DNA of 64,000 nucleotides from a virus (IMGVR_UViG_3300020192_000008:43273-107272); one strand, 5' to 3'. Shown: positions 49,297-58,558, counted from the stretch's first letter. Numbers and translations are program-made. Notes: a model not told the origin generated them from the letters alone.

Positions 49297-49911
49297 TCAC
49301 GAAACCTTGCCCGTACGCACAGGTTCTTCTGCAGCCTTCTCATCGGGCTTTATGCGGGCGTGCGTGATGCCACGCTGCCCCTGATATTTGCCCTTGCGGT
49401 CTGCGTACGAAGTCCGTGGCTGTTCTCCCTCGAAGAAGAGCACCTGCATGATGCCTTCGCCCGGGTAGACCCGCACAGGGAGCCTCGTCCCGTTGGAGAT
49501 TTCGATGGTGATGTGGCCCTCCCAGCCAGCCTCGAGCGGCGTCACGTTCACGTGGATGCCACAACGTGCGTAGGTGCTCTTACCGACGCACACCCCCGTC
49601 ACGTTGCGAGGCATCTTGATGTACTCAAGGCTCGACGTCAGCGCGTAGCTGTTCGGAGGGATCTTGATGTAGTTCCCCTTCGAGGCCGTAACGGTACGGC
49701 ACTGAAAGCAACCCGGATCGATGTTCTTCGGGTCGATCTCCCCGCAGTAGATGTCGGTGAAGATCTGCCAGTCTTGGCTTGCACGGATGTCGTAGCCGAA
49801 GCTGGTCTGCCCGTAGGAGATGACGCCTGCTTCGCAGAGGCCATCGTGGTAGGGCTCGATCATCTTCTGTTCGAGCGCCATCTTCTTGATCCAGTCGTCG
49901 TTCTTGATCAT
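49297..49911 (-). CDS. dcd: dCTP deaminase
   Basis: ISYGQTSFGYDIR, GKSTYARCGI, TPLEAGWEG, YADRKGKYQGQRG. Confidence 0.95.
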   Translation of the reverse strand: MIKNDDWIKKMALEQKMIEPYHDGLCEAGVISYGQTSFGYDIRASQDWQIFTDIYCGEIDPKNIDPGCFQCRTVTASKGNYIKIPPNSYALTSSLEYIKMPRNVTGVCVGKSTYARCGIHVNVTPLEAGWEGHITIEISNGTRLPVRVYPGEGIMQVLFFEGEQPRTSYADRKGKYQGQRGITHARIKPDEKAAEEPVRTGKVS

Positions 49912-49921
49912 GGCGTGTTCT

Positions 49922-50275
49922 TCACGGTGGGAGGAAATATCTGACGCATGAAACCCGGCGTATTGAGGCGTTACACCTTCTGATGAGGTCAGCAGAGGCT
50001 GTAGCAAGAGCATCTCTTTCTAGTCGAGACTCCTCTTTCAAACGAGGGATCTCGTACTCGATGTACATGCTCCAAGCGTAGGCCAGTCGCTCTTGGAACT
50101 TGTCGATCGTCTTCTGGGGGACGCCGTAGCCACCGTTGAGGATGGCGGTGATCGTACTCCAGTTCAGGCGCAGGATTCGGTTGAGGCGATAGTCGCCGGC
50201 GACACCGTGGACGAACGTGAGCGTTCTGTACGTCTTGAACAGGTTCTTACAGGTGACCTTGTCGAGCTTTCTCAA
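49922..50275 (-). CDS. Hypothetical protein
   Basis: 117-aa ORF; start uncertain. Confidence 0.4.
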   Translation of the reverse strand: MRKLDKVTCKNLFKTYRTLTFVHGVAGDYRLNRILRLNWSTITAILNGGYGVPQKTIDKFQERLAYAWSMYIEYEIPRLKEESRLERDALATASADLIRRCNASIRRVSCVRYFLPP

Positions 50276-50324
50276 TCGAGCACCAGGGGAATGTGAGATG
50301 GCTTGGGGAAGTGGGAGATCCCCT

Positions 50325-50486
50325 TCACAATCTCTTCAACGTATTGAAGAGACATCTTGGACATGCGCTTGCGGATGCGCTCTGCCGTTCTTGAGCTGAT
50401 ACCACCAAGTGGTCTCTCATCCTCTTGAGGAGAGCCTGCTCATAGTCGTAGAGCCGTCCTTGCCAGGGCTTGAGCTTCTTGGTCAT
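50325..50486 (-). CDS. Small hypothetical protein (53 aa)
   Basis: ATG 1 nt after the upstream gene's TTA; MTKKLKPWQGRLYDYEQALLKRM... Confidence 0.3.
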   Translation of the reverse strand: MTKKLKPWQGRLYDYEQALLKRMRDHLVVSAQERQSASASACPRCLFNTLKRL

Positions 50487-50487
50487 G

Positions 50488-50841
50488 TAAGAAGGAGTTC
50501 ACATCAGGGAAGCTGGGGTTGATCTTCGTGCCCGCGAATGAGTACTTCAAACCTTCTTCGATGACCCAGATGCTCAGGTCACCCAGCGCCTTGCGGATCT
50601 TGTAGAGACTCGACTTGCTCACCCCGTTGTTAGGTCCGTGATACCCCCGGGCCATCTCGAGGGTGATGGGCTGAATCTTGTACCGGTAGGTGAACTCGTA
50701 ATAGGGACTGCCGCCAAGCTTCTTGATGGCCTCCCAGAGCTTCTCGTACGTCTCCTTGTCTTCGGCGCTGAGCCGGTACTTCTGCGAAGGCTTCACCTTC
50801 TTGGTGCCTTCGTAGAACCTGCGCAGTCTTCGGAGGCTCAT
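50488..50841 (-). CDS. Hypothetical protein
   Basis: In-frame TTA at 50490-50488; standard stop at 50440. Confidence 0.5.
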
Positions 50842-51047
50842 GGCATGGCTTTCCGAGCGTGAGGTTTGATGCGAGCTACTAGCTCAGCCCCCACTGTTGT
50901 ACCGCTTTCTATCGAAGACCTGCGGGCCTCTGCAACGAGCTGTTCTACCTGCTGCAGACACCACTGGTAGGCGGGCTTTTCATACGCCCCGTCCTCGGCG
51001 ATGGTCCGCTGTACGTGCCGTGCGTAAGCACGAAACTCGTGGGCCAT
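50838..51047 (-). CDS. Small hypothetical protein
   Basis: MAHEFRAYARH...; ATGA coupling to the next gene. Confidence 0.5.
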   Translation of the reverse strand: MAHEFRAYARHVQRTIAEDGAYEKPAYQWCLQQVEQLVAEARRSSIESGTTVGAELVARIKPHARKAMP

Positions 51048-51594
51048 TGTGCTTCGCGTAGTAGATGACGTCCTTCCAGTCGCCGGTACGGAAGTAGTCC
51101 GTCTCGGCGTTGTACGGCTGCGCCCAGACGATGCCGAGGCCATCAGGATGGTGGTCCATCCACTCGATGATGTGGCTCTCCTTGTCGTCAACGAGGATGT
51201 CCCCCTTGCAGACGTACTTGGCGTGGGTCTGGATGACCTTGTTCTGGCGGAAGCCGAAGTGCTTGTAGAGCCACTCGCCCCGCTCGTACGCCCAGTGCCG
51301 GCTGCTGTGAGGGGCCGTGACCACGTAGACGTCAGCCACCTCAAGCAGCTTGGGGATGCCCTCGAGTGCGGCCTGGTAGGGCTCGATGCCAAGGACCACA
51401 CCAGGCGTCTCGTGGATGTAGCCCCAGAAGTCCTTCTCGATGAGGTCCCCGTGCTTGCTGAACAGGTCCCACATGTCGAGCTCCTCTTCCTTGAGCTCCT
51501 TGCCCGTCTTCTCGGAGATCCATCCAAGGGCAAGCTTGACGAAGTTCGCCAGCACACCATCACAGTCAACCAGCACGCGCTTACGTGGTCCCAT
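51025..51594 (-). CDS. 5'(3')-deoxyribonucleotidase (HAD family)
   Basis: VDCDGVLANF, VVTAP, ILVDDK, QPYN. In-frame TTA at 51027-51025; standard stop at 50980. Confidence 0.88.
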
Positions 51595-51682
51595 CTTCAA
51601 CTCCTTCTCCCAGCTTCTCTAGCTCGGCTTTCGCATCATCCATCTCTCGCTGAAACCACGGCTTGCTGTTTTCATCCGCCAT
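51581..51682 (-). CDS. Small protein (33 aa)
   Basis: AAGGAG SD; TTATG overlap with thyX; MADENSKPWFQREMDDAKAELEKL... Confidence 0.45.
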   Translation of the reverse strand: MADENSKPWFQREMDDAKAELEKLGEGVEDGTT

Positions 51683-53595
51683 AACGACTCCTTGATGAGT
51701 GCGAAGTTGTGTTCACCGGGGATGGTCTTGCGATGCTGGACCCACCCCTGGACATTGCCCAGGAAGTGCGTGCAACGATCGACGTCTATCCACGCCTTGT
51801 TGAGCTCATCCCACTCGTAGACGGGCTGGTAGAACATCTCGAGCTCCTTCTCCGTCATGGGCCTGCACGGGTGCTCGAGGGGGCTCATGTGCCCAGGCTT
51901 CACGAGCCTGTCGTAGAGCTCGAGGTCCTTGGAGATGTCGCGCTTGCCATCGTGGGCGAGGGCAGAGACGCGGGCGCAGCGGGCTGCGGAGACCTTCACC
52001 AGCTCAAGCCGTACCTCAGTCGTCGTGTCGCTCCAGGAGTAGTAGCTTGCGTCGCCACCGTCGACGTACGGCAGGTGCCACTCACCGTGCTTGAGCTGCT
52101 TGGGCTCGCTCTTGTCGTAGACATCCTTCATCATCCCCGCGACCATCTGCATCTCGGGTTGAGCGTTGGGGTCGCAACGCAGGGCGAAGAAGTTGTCCCA
52201 CTCGGTCGCGGTACAGATCACAGTCTGCCAGCCCCACGGCTCGAGCAGGCGGTTGGCATGCTGCTTGTGTACAGCGAGGTTGAACAGGCCCTGAGCTGCA
52301 CGGACGCACGCATCAAGCGCATCCGTCCAGTGCTTGGACGCTTCGTGGTTGGAGAGCTCGCTCATGACCTCGGTTGCCTGCATCCCCTTCTGGTTCTTGG
52401 TGAAGGCGATGGGTACGAAGGGGTTGGCCTTGACGCGCTCGATGTTCTTCTCGACGGGGATGGCCCTCGAGGAAGCTGAGTTACGGCTGTTGTGCACGAC
52501 GACCCCATTCGCGAGGAAGTTGGGGTACTTCCCCACGATCTCGAGGTCGTAGGTTGGCTCTTGGCCCCGCGAGACGATCTCGTCGATCCGTGCGAGAGAC
52601 CCGTACAGATACGTGCCGCCCTGCCAGCCCTGCTTCTCGTGCATCGCGCAGTGGCAGTCGTCGCACAAGAGCGTGACGTTAGTCTCTTCCAGAGCCAGAG
52701 AAGGATCCTGATGCACCGGAACGACGTGGTGGATCTGGTTGCCTTTCTCGGCGCAACAGCGACGACACATGGCGTCCATCGACCGCATCCTGTCGCGCAT
52801 CTGGCGCTGCCACACCGAACGCCACTTGCCATCGATCTTCTTCAGACGCAGCGGGTCAGTTCTGTCGTCGTCCTTCTTGCCGAACTTCCTGACGACGAGA
52901 AGGTCGCCCTTCTGTAGGTCTTCGATGCGGCGCCACCCCTCTGCCGTGAGTACGCGGTGGTCCCTACTACCGGCGATGCGGAAGTCGCCCGCCCTCACCT
53001 CGAACACCTCCTTGGTGCCTGACGGGTGGGCAGTCACGACGTGCGACGTTTGGATGTCCCCGGTGTCCTCGTTGAGTTGACGGATGGCCATGCCCGCGAG
53101 CTTCGCGCGCATGTCGAAGCGTGTGTGCTCCGGTTTGCTACTACGCCACACGATCAGGTCTCGACCGAAGATGATCCAAGTCCTCCCGTTGGTGCTGAAT
53201 CGTTCGGCCTTGATGTACCCGTCACGGCACAGCTTGTTGATGTTGCTTGGGTTGGCCATCCCAAAGCGAGAGGCAGCTTCCTGCGCGGTGTAGCGCTCAT
53301 CGGGGTTGATCCACGAAGTATCGTAGTTCGTCTTGGGGTTGGCTCCGACGCGGTCGGCGCCGTTCGACCACTTGTCGACGAACTCGGCGATCGTCATGCG
53401 GTACACTCGGCGGTGCTCCCCCTTCCTGCTCCCTGCGGGCGAGTCGAACTCCAGCATCGAATCCCCTGCGAGGCAGAAGACCCGGTGTGTGTTGTACTCA
53501 GCCAGGATGAACCTGGGGAACGTGCACTCGATGGTGGTGATGCGGTGCCCTGAGGGGCTGATGCTGTCGGCGATGATCTTGGCTGCGTAGTTCAT
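51682..53595 (-). CDS. thyX: Flavin-dependent thymidylate synthase with intein
   Basis: After splicing the signature reads THRVF|SRNSASSRAIP; HKQHANRLLEP, NAQPEM, SAARCARVS, HMSPLEH. TTA at 51684-51682. Confidence 0.9.
52489..53475 (-). mobile_element. Intein (329 aa) with HNH endonuclease and an HTH insert
   Basis: F|CLAGDS...GSRDHRVLT...TYDLEI...NFLANGVVVHN|S; CRRC...HHVVP...NVTLLCDDCH. Confidence 0.9.
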
Positions 53596-53597
53596 GA

Positions 53598-54320
53598 CTA
53601 TCCCTTTACGCCCATCGGTTTCTTGCAGGTGCTGCAGGGCTTGCCGACCAAGAAGCCGTCGACAAACCCAGGGTCGTACTTCGAGCACTCCGGGCATGGC
53701 ACGGTGGCTTTTATCGTGCGCTTGACTGCCTTCTTCTTGGGCGTGCCACTCGTGGTGATGTGCTCTGACTTTGGTGGTTCGGGCTCTGCCACGTAAACCG
53801 TCGGGCTGCGACGCTCTTCTTCGATGAGGGCGCGCACCTTGTCGAGATCCTTGGGCGTGTGCACGGTGCCGCCGGTGTTGAGGTCGAGGTACCACTGGTA
53901 AACCTGCAGCGGCGTCTCGAGCTCGTTGACGTGCCAGTTGAAGTAGGCGCACGATGGCAGCAGGTCAGTGAAGTCCCTGGCGTAGAGATCGCCGAAGACG
54001 GACACCTTGTTCTGCAGAAAGTCGAGAGCTGCCGTGAGGCGCTGCTTGCCATCGACGACAGTGAAGTTGCCCACGCGGCCACGGCTCCAGCCGGGGCAGT
54101 TGGTGTAGATGTCACGGCTCGAGTGGCCGCCCTTCAGCACGTACTCGACGTACCGAGTCTGCTGCTCAGGCGTCCAGACGTAGCCGCGCTGAAAGACCGG
54201 GTCGATGTCGAGCTTCCACTCCTCGTAGTGCTTCAGGGTGTGCTCGATATGACGCCAATCTACCGTGACGCAGTACCCACTGCTGCGCGTGAAGCGCTCG
54301 ATGTCTTCGTACTTAGCCAC
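53598..54320 (-). CDS. DUF262 (ParB/GmrS-like) domain protein
   Basis: PVFQRGYVW, VVDGKQRLTA, LNTGG. Confidence 0.8.
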   Translation of the reverse strand: MAKYEDIERFTRSSGYCVTVDWRHIEHTLKHYEEWKLDIDPVFQRGYVWTPEQQTRYVEYVLKGGHSSRDIYTNCPGWSRGRVGNFTVVDGKQRLTAALDFLQNKVSVFGDLYARDFTDLLPSCAYFNWHVNELETPLQVYQWYLDLNTGGTVHTPKDLDKVRALIEEERRSPTVYVAEPEPPKSEHITTSGTPKKKAVKRTIKATVPCPECSKYDPGFVDGFLVGKPCSTCKKPMGVKG

Positions 54321-54691
54321 TAGTGAAGGACCTTCTGTTCCTGCTTCTTCTTGTCACAGAGAAGCATGTCGAGAGACTCTTCCATCGTGTACTCGGGTAG
54401 GTCTGAGCCTTCAAGCACAAGGGCCTGCTCAATCTTCTTGTAGGTGCCCTCATCCTTCGTGCGGGGAAGCATCACAGGGGAGAAGGCTCGTTCGCCGTCC
54501 TCCATGATCATCACAAGAAGAAGGATGACGCCGTCGGTGCAGAAGATCGCATCCTTGGGGCAGTCGGGATCGAACACCCCTTTCATCCCAAGCTGAGCGC
54601 TCACCCTGGCAGCGATGGTCTCCAGGAAGCTGTCATCAAACGCGATGCCACCGTGCTTGCTGTTGATGATGCAGAACGAAACGTCGGCCAT
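54320..54691 (-). CDS. Hypothetical protein
   Basis: 123-aa ORF, first gene of the nucleotide-metabolism unit. Confidence 0.6.
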   Translation of the reverse strand: MADVSFCIINSKHGGIAFDDSFLETIAARVSAQLGMKGVFDPDCPKDAIFCTDGVILLLVMIMEDGERAFSPVMLPRTKDEGTYKKIEQALVLEGSDLPEYTMEESLDMLLCDKKKQEQKVLH

Positions 54692-54714
54692 AGATAGAAG
54701 TACCTTTCGAGGTA

Positions 54715-54725
54715 CTTATACCCGG
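54715..54725 (-). promoter_or_regulatory. Candidate phage promoter motif CCGGGTATAAG
   Basis: About 25 nt upstream of ATG 54691; matches GGNATAAR. Confidence 0.4.
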
Positions 54726-54762
54726 CGTCAACCCCTTTCTACACAGCCCTACGGAAGCCTAC

Positions 54763-54799
54763 TGAAGAGGGGGAAGCGTGTGGCTTCGACCCCTCTTCA
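54763..54799 (-). terminator. Hairpin at the end of the tail/lysis unit
   Basis: GAAGAGGGG GAAGC...GCTTC GA CCCCTCTTC; weak U-tract. Confidence 0.45.
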
Positions 54800-55111
54800 C
54801 TGGCTGCGGATGCTCTTGCCTACATCCTTCAGATATTGGTTGAGCTTGTCCGTGTCCTCTACGATGACAACGTTGTGCTCGAGTTCCTTGACTTGTCCAT
54901 CGACCGTCTTGGCGTGCTCGTCAACGATCTCACGTGTCTTTTCAACACGTTCGCTCTCTGCATGCGCGGCCTGCTCTTGAGCCTTCTTCTCCTCGTCCTT
55001 CTGCACGGGGCTTGGTACAGGATCAAGTACGGTCCTCTTCCCTCGCCAAGCGATGAGGAGGAAGAGGACCCACAAGACTGAGCCGAGAATGAGGCCGACC
55101 TTCTCGTTCAC
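54797..55111 (-). CDS. N-terminal TM + coiled-coil protein (i-spanin-like)
   Basis: VGLILGSVLWVLFLLIAW followed by a charged coiled coil; follows a holin-like gene. Confidence 0.5.
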   Translation of the reverse strand: MNEKVGLILGSVLWVLFLLIAWRGKRTVLDPVPSPVQKDEEKKAQEQAAHAESERVEKTREIVDEHAKTVDGQVKELEHNVVIVEDTDKLNQYLKDVGKSIRSQ

Positions 55112-55446
55112 TTATCCTCCGAGATGTCGACCCCGAACTTCGCCTCGGCGATCTTCTTGACGATGCGGTAGATCGTGCCTGAGGCGAAGCCCACGGGGAT
55201 GCCGTAGAACATCACCTGGCTACGCAGCTCGGTGAACCCTACAGGGTAGGGGAAGCCCCGTCCGAGGCACACAAGCACGCCGCCGATGAGGGGTGGTAGT
55301 ACCAGGAGGGCGACGTCTCTCCAGAACCACCTACTGGTGACCCCCGGAAAGGCGCCCTCCACTGCATGCCGGATGATGAACACGATCGCGAAGACCGCGA
55401 CCCCAAACAGAAGAGCAGGCCATGTAGCGGAGATGACTTCGTCCAT
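55108..55446 (-). CDS. Holin-like membrane protein
   Basis: Three hydrophobic segments and a charged C-terminus; at the end of the tail operon. Confidence 0.55.
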   Translation of the reverse strand: MDEVISATWPALLFGVAVFAIVFIIRHAVEGAFPGVTSRWFWRDVALLVLPPLIGGVLVCLGRGFPYPVGFTELRSQVMFYGIPVGFASGTIYRIVKKIAEAKFGVDISEDK

Positions 55447-55466
55447 GGCCCGATCGTACACCTAAA

Positions 55467-57488
55467 TCAAAAGGTGGTCCTACGCCACATGATGAAGGTC
55501 GTGAACACCTGACCGATGAACAAGTAGGTCTCTGGCGTTACTCCTTCCAGGACGTTACAAGAACCACTGAAGCTGTTCGAGAGAACGTTTCCCTGGTAGT
55601 CGGTGGTCGTAAAGCTCACCGTATCCGTAATCGGACCCGCGCTCTTGTGCAGGTAGAGCGTGATGGTTTCACCTGGGTGAATCATGGTCAACGTCAGGGT
55701 GACGTTACCCGACCCAGCGATGACCTTGATGATGCTCCCCGATTCGATGTCCCTGCTACCCGTGTTGGCGTTCAGGTCCGTCTGCGGGTAGTTGTGCGTG
55801 TACTTGTGCCTGAGACCCGTGGCCTGCAGAGACCCATCTGAGCGCAGGAAACCAAGTGCTTGGTACGTATGCCAAGAGCTAGGCTCATGACCACCCCAAG
55901 CAAGAACGGGGACCTCGAAGTCCTGCGTCCTACCGAAGAACTTGGCATACACGGCGTCAGGCCAGTAGGCACTTGAATCCCTACGCTGGGGCGGTGGGTC
56001 GGCGAACATCATGCCGTTCAAGTAGACGCCGTTGCCGAAGCCCGTCTGCTTGTCATGCATGTTCGCGGCGTCTTCAGACACCATGAAGATGGTGTTACCC
56101 CAATCAACTACGGTGCCGCTTGCGGCAACGAAGTTCGGCAGGCCCCCATCGGGGTAGCGAACCGACGCCTCCGTGTCCGTGTTGATGAAGGTGACGATCA
56201 GGGTATGAATAACGCCGCTAACGTCGACGCGAAGGAAGTCGTATCCAAGCGAGATGGCGGTGTAGCTGGTGCCGCTGATTGTCTGCTTGAACCAACCAGA
56301 CGTCAGCGTCGCGGTGCTGCCAGACAGGTTCACTGTAGTGGCGACTGGGATGCTCGTAGCTGAGCTGGGAGCAAGAGAGTCCGCGTCTCTCACAGCCACA
56401 TGCAAGAAGGAGAAGAGGTTCCCTCCTTCTGCAAGAGTCGTCGAGCTCTGCTTACGGCCTTGCACAACAAAACCAGAGCTCACGCCTTTGCGGTTGGCAG
56501 ATGTAGCAGGCGTGAACTCGTCACCCAGGTAGGCGTTCCACTGACCACCAAAGAAGAGTTCTTTCACTCCTTGGTGGGTCGATGTGCCGCCGTTGGTGGT
56601 GTAGTTGTAGCCAGTAAAGCCGATACTATCGCGTGTATACCAAGCGCCTGAACCCGCGGTATCGAGAGCAACAGCGATAGGGTGAAGGCTGAGAGGGGCG
56701 CCACGTGCCGTACTCCTGCGATACCGGTTGTCCAGCGAGCCATACGCCAGATCCCAGAGGGTCGTTGTAGGAGTAGCATTCCACGCAAGAGCAGCCCCCG
56801 TGGGGCCTTGCATCTTTCGGAAGACGTTCTCTACGTCTGCGGTGACCTCTTCTGCCCCCCGCACCTTGATGAAGGTAAACGCGTCTACCTCAAGGTTCGC
56901 CAGGTTCGATCTCGACCCGTAGTAAACACGGTACGTCGTGCCCGTGGGTACAGGGTTGAAGAGCGTCAGAGTAACTGCGCCAGTGGAGAACCCATCTCCT
57001 ACCGATGCACCAGAGATACTCGTGACGGATGTCTTCGCCCCGAAGTTCGTGATGATGTCGTTGTCGTTGTTGTCAATGACAGAGAAGAGCGTGCTCAACG
57101 GGTACGAGGGGTCGTTACCCACAAACGTCCCTGCTGGCAGGACGATAGAATAAACTGGTGAGGCCGCCACTACATCATCGGTGCGTACTGGTACGGCCAG
57201 GTCTCGGTGAAACAAGTCATCGAGATGGTCGGTGTTGCTAGCCAGCGCTCGAAGACCGCGGTTGGCGTTGGCGCTTGAAGCATCCTCACCAAACGCTACG
57301 AAGAGCGTACCGACGTTGGGTCCCGTCGCCTTGTAGTCGTCGGCATAGGCGCTACCCAGCCCACCCGTGCCGCCACTTGTGACGTTGATACGACCGTAGG
57401 TAGTACCGTCGAAGGCAACGGCGGTTGGCCCCACAGGGAGGGACGGAGCATCGGTGTAAGTCGGGTCAGTGAAGCGTCGGAACGTCAT
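55467..57488 (-). CDS. Tail/baseplate structural protein
   Basis: 673 aa, Thr/Ser/Gly-rich, ANANRGLRALASNTD motif. Confidence 0.6.
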   Translation of the reverse strand: MTFRRFTDPTYTDAPSLPVGPTAVAFDGTTYGRINVTSGGTGGLGSAYADDYKATGPNVGTLFVAFGEDASSANANRGLRALASNTDHLDDLFHRDLAVPVRTDDVVAASPVYSIVLPAGTFVGNDPSYPLSTLFSVIDNNDNDIITNFGAKTSVTSISGASVGDGFSTGAVTLTLFNPVPTGTTYRVYYGSRSNLANLEVDAFTFIKVRGAEEVTADVENVFRKMQGPTGAALAWNATPTTTLWDLAYGSLDNRYRRSTARGAPLSLHPIAVALDTAGSGAWYTRDSIGFTGYNYTTNGGTSTHQGVKELFFGGQWNAYLGDEFTPATSANRKGVSSGFVVQGRKQSSTTLAEGGNLFSFLHVAVRDADSLAPSSATSIPVATTVNLSGSTATLTSGWFKQTISGTSYTAISLGYDFLRVDVSGVIHTLIVTFINTDTEASVRYPDGGLPNFVAASGTVVDWGNTIFMVSEDAANMHDKQTGFGNGVYLNGMMFADPPPQRRDSSAYWPDAVYAKFFGRTQDFEVPVLAWGGHEPSSWHTYQALGFLRSDGSLQATGLRHKYTHNYPQTDLNANTGSRDIESGSIIKVIAGSGNVTLTLTMIHPGETITLYLHKSAGPITDTVSFTTTDYQGNVLSNSFSGSCNVLEGVTPETYLFIGQVFTTFIMWRRTTF

Positions 57489-57497
57489 GGCTAGCCT

Positions 57498-58127
57498 TTA
57501 GAAGCGGATCGTCCAGGAGACCTCGAGATCGAACGCGGCGGTCTTCGAGATGGTGGGGAAGGTATCGTAGGCGACTCCGGTGTTGCTGGCGCTGTTCACG
57601 TTCGCCGCACTTGTGTAGAGCATCACCTCTGACAGTGGCACGGTGAGGAACGGATTGTAGCTGATCTCCGCCTGGCTGAAGACCCGACGAAAGTTGATCT
57701 GCGTCACCGCTGGGAACGTGGCAGGCGCCTGCACTCGGCCAAGCCACTCGTCCGACACAACAAGGTAGGGAGGTGCCGAAGAGCCCCCAGAGACCCTCAC
57801 CGGACGCTCGAGAACAGTCAGCGTAGGGTCCGTGTCGACGTAGAGGTTCGTGCCTGGGTACGCCGTCAGCAGGGGATCAATGTTCGCTACGCCAGGAGCA
57901 ATCTGCTTCGTGCCGCCGATGCCCACGCCCATGTACTTGATCCGGTCATCCCTGAAGGTAAGGTCAGGGCTGAAGGAGCTGTAGCCGATGAGCTGAACCA
58001 GGTACTCACGACCCAGGTTCAGCCAGATGTTATGGCCCTTCACCCGCTGCTTGATCTTCCCCCGCTCACGCGTGGTGATCTCAAGGTTGCTGCGGACGTT
58101 GATGAGCTCGACCGTACTCTTCTTCAT
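57498..58127 (-). CDS. Baseplate/tail-fibre attachment protein
   Basis: GHNIWLNLGREYL...YMGVGIGG...ISKTAAFDLEVSWTIRF. Confidence 0.6.
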   Translation of the reverse strand: MKKSTVELINVRSNLEITTRERGKIKQRVKGHNIWLNLGREYLVQLIGYSSFSPDLTFRDDRIKYMGVGIGGTKQIAPGVANIDPLLTAYPGTNLYVDTDPTLTVLERPVRVSGGSSAPPYLVVSDEWLGRVQAPATFPAVTQINFRRVFSQAEISYNPFLTVPLSEVMLYTSAANVNSASNTGVAYDTFPTISKTAAFDLEVSWTIRF

Positions 58128-58558
58128 TGCTGAATCTCCTCGAGCTCGCCAAAGAAGCCCACCCACGTGGCCATCTTTTCCATCGGGTCGATGCCCAACA
58201 TCGCCTTCATCATCGGCACCTTCATCGTCACCATGGTGCCAAAGTACTTCATCGGGATGTGCTGACCATAGGCTTTCTTTGCAGAAGCCTTGGTTGGGAA
58301 CCCAAGGAAGATCTTGTACTCGTCGAACGAGCCGTCGTCTTTGCTCTGCGAGACCCAGAATGCTTCATCAGCGTCCTTGTCTGGCCCCAAGAAGACGTCC
58401 ATCTCCTCGCTGTCACCACCATCGGTCTTCGGGATGAAGCCGTAGTCGTACAGGTACGTCCTCTCCCAAGGCTTACCGCTAGAGTCTTTGCCCCTCTGAA
58501 CAAAGCCCTTGGGCCGGTCGAGGCGGATCTTGATGCCCTGAAACTCTACAGTCTTCAT
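58124..58558 (-). CDS. Inorganic pyrophosphatase-like (InPase) domain protein
   Basis: DRPKGFVQRGKD...W...YDYGFIPKTDGGDSEEMDVFLG...FDEYKIFLGF. Confidence 0.7.
   Translation of the reverse strand: MKTVEFQGIKIRLDRPKGFVQRGKDSSGKPWERTYLYDYGFIPKTDGGDSEEMDVFLGPDKDADEAFWVSQSKDDGSFDEYKIFLGFPTKASAKKAYGQHIPMKYFGTMVTMKVPMMKAMLGIDPMEKMATWVGFFGELEEIQQ

Noticed and set aside
32084-49911. Uracil-substituted or hypermodified genome suggested by dcd
   Set aside because: thyX and a UDG-like gene point to ordinary dTTP synthesis, and I recognised no base-modification enzymes in the window.
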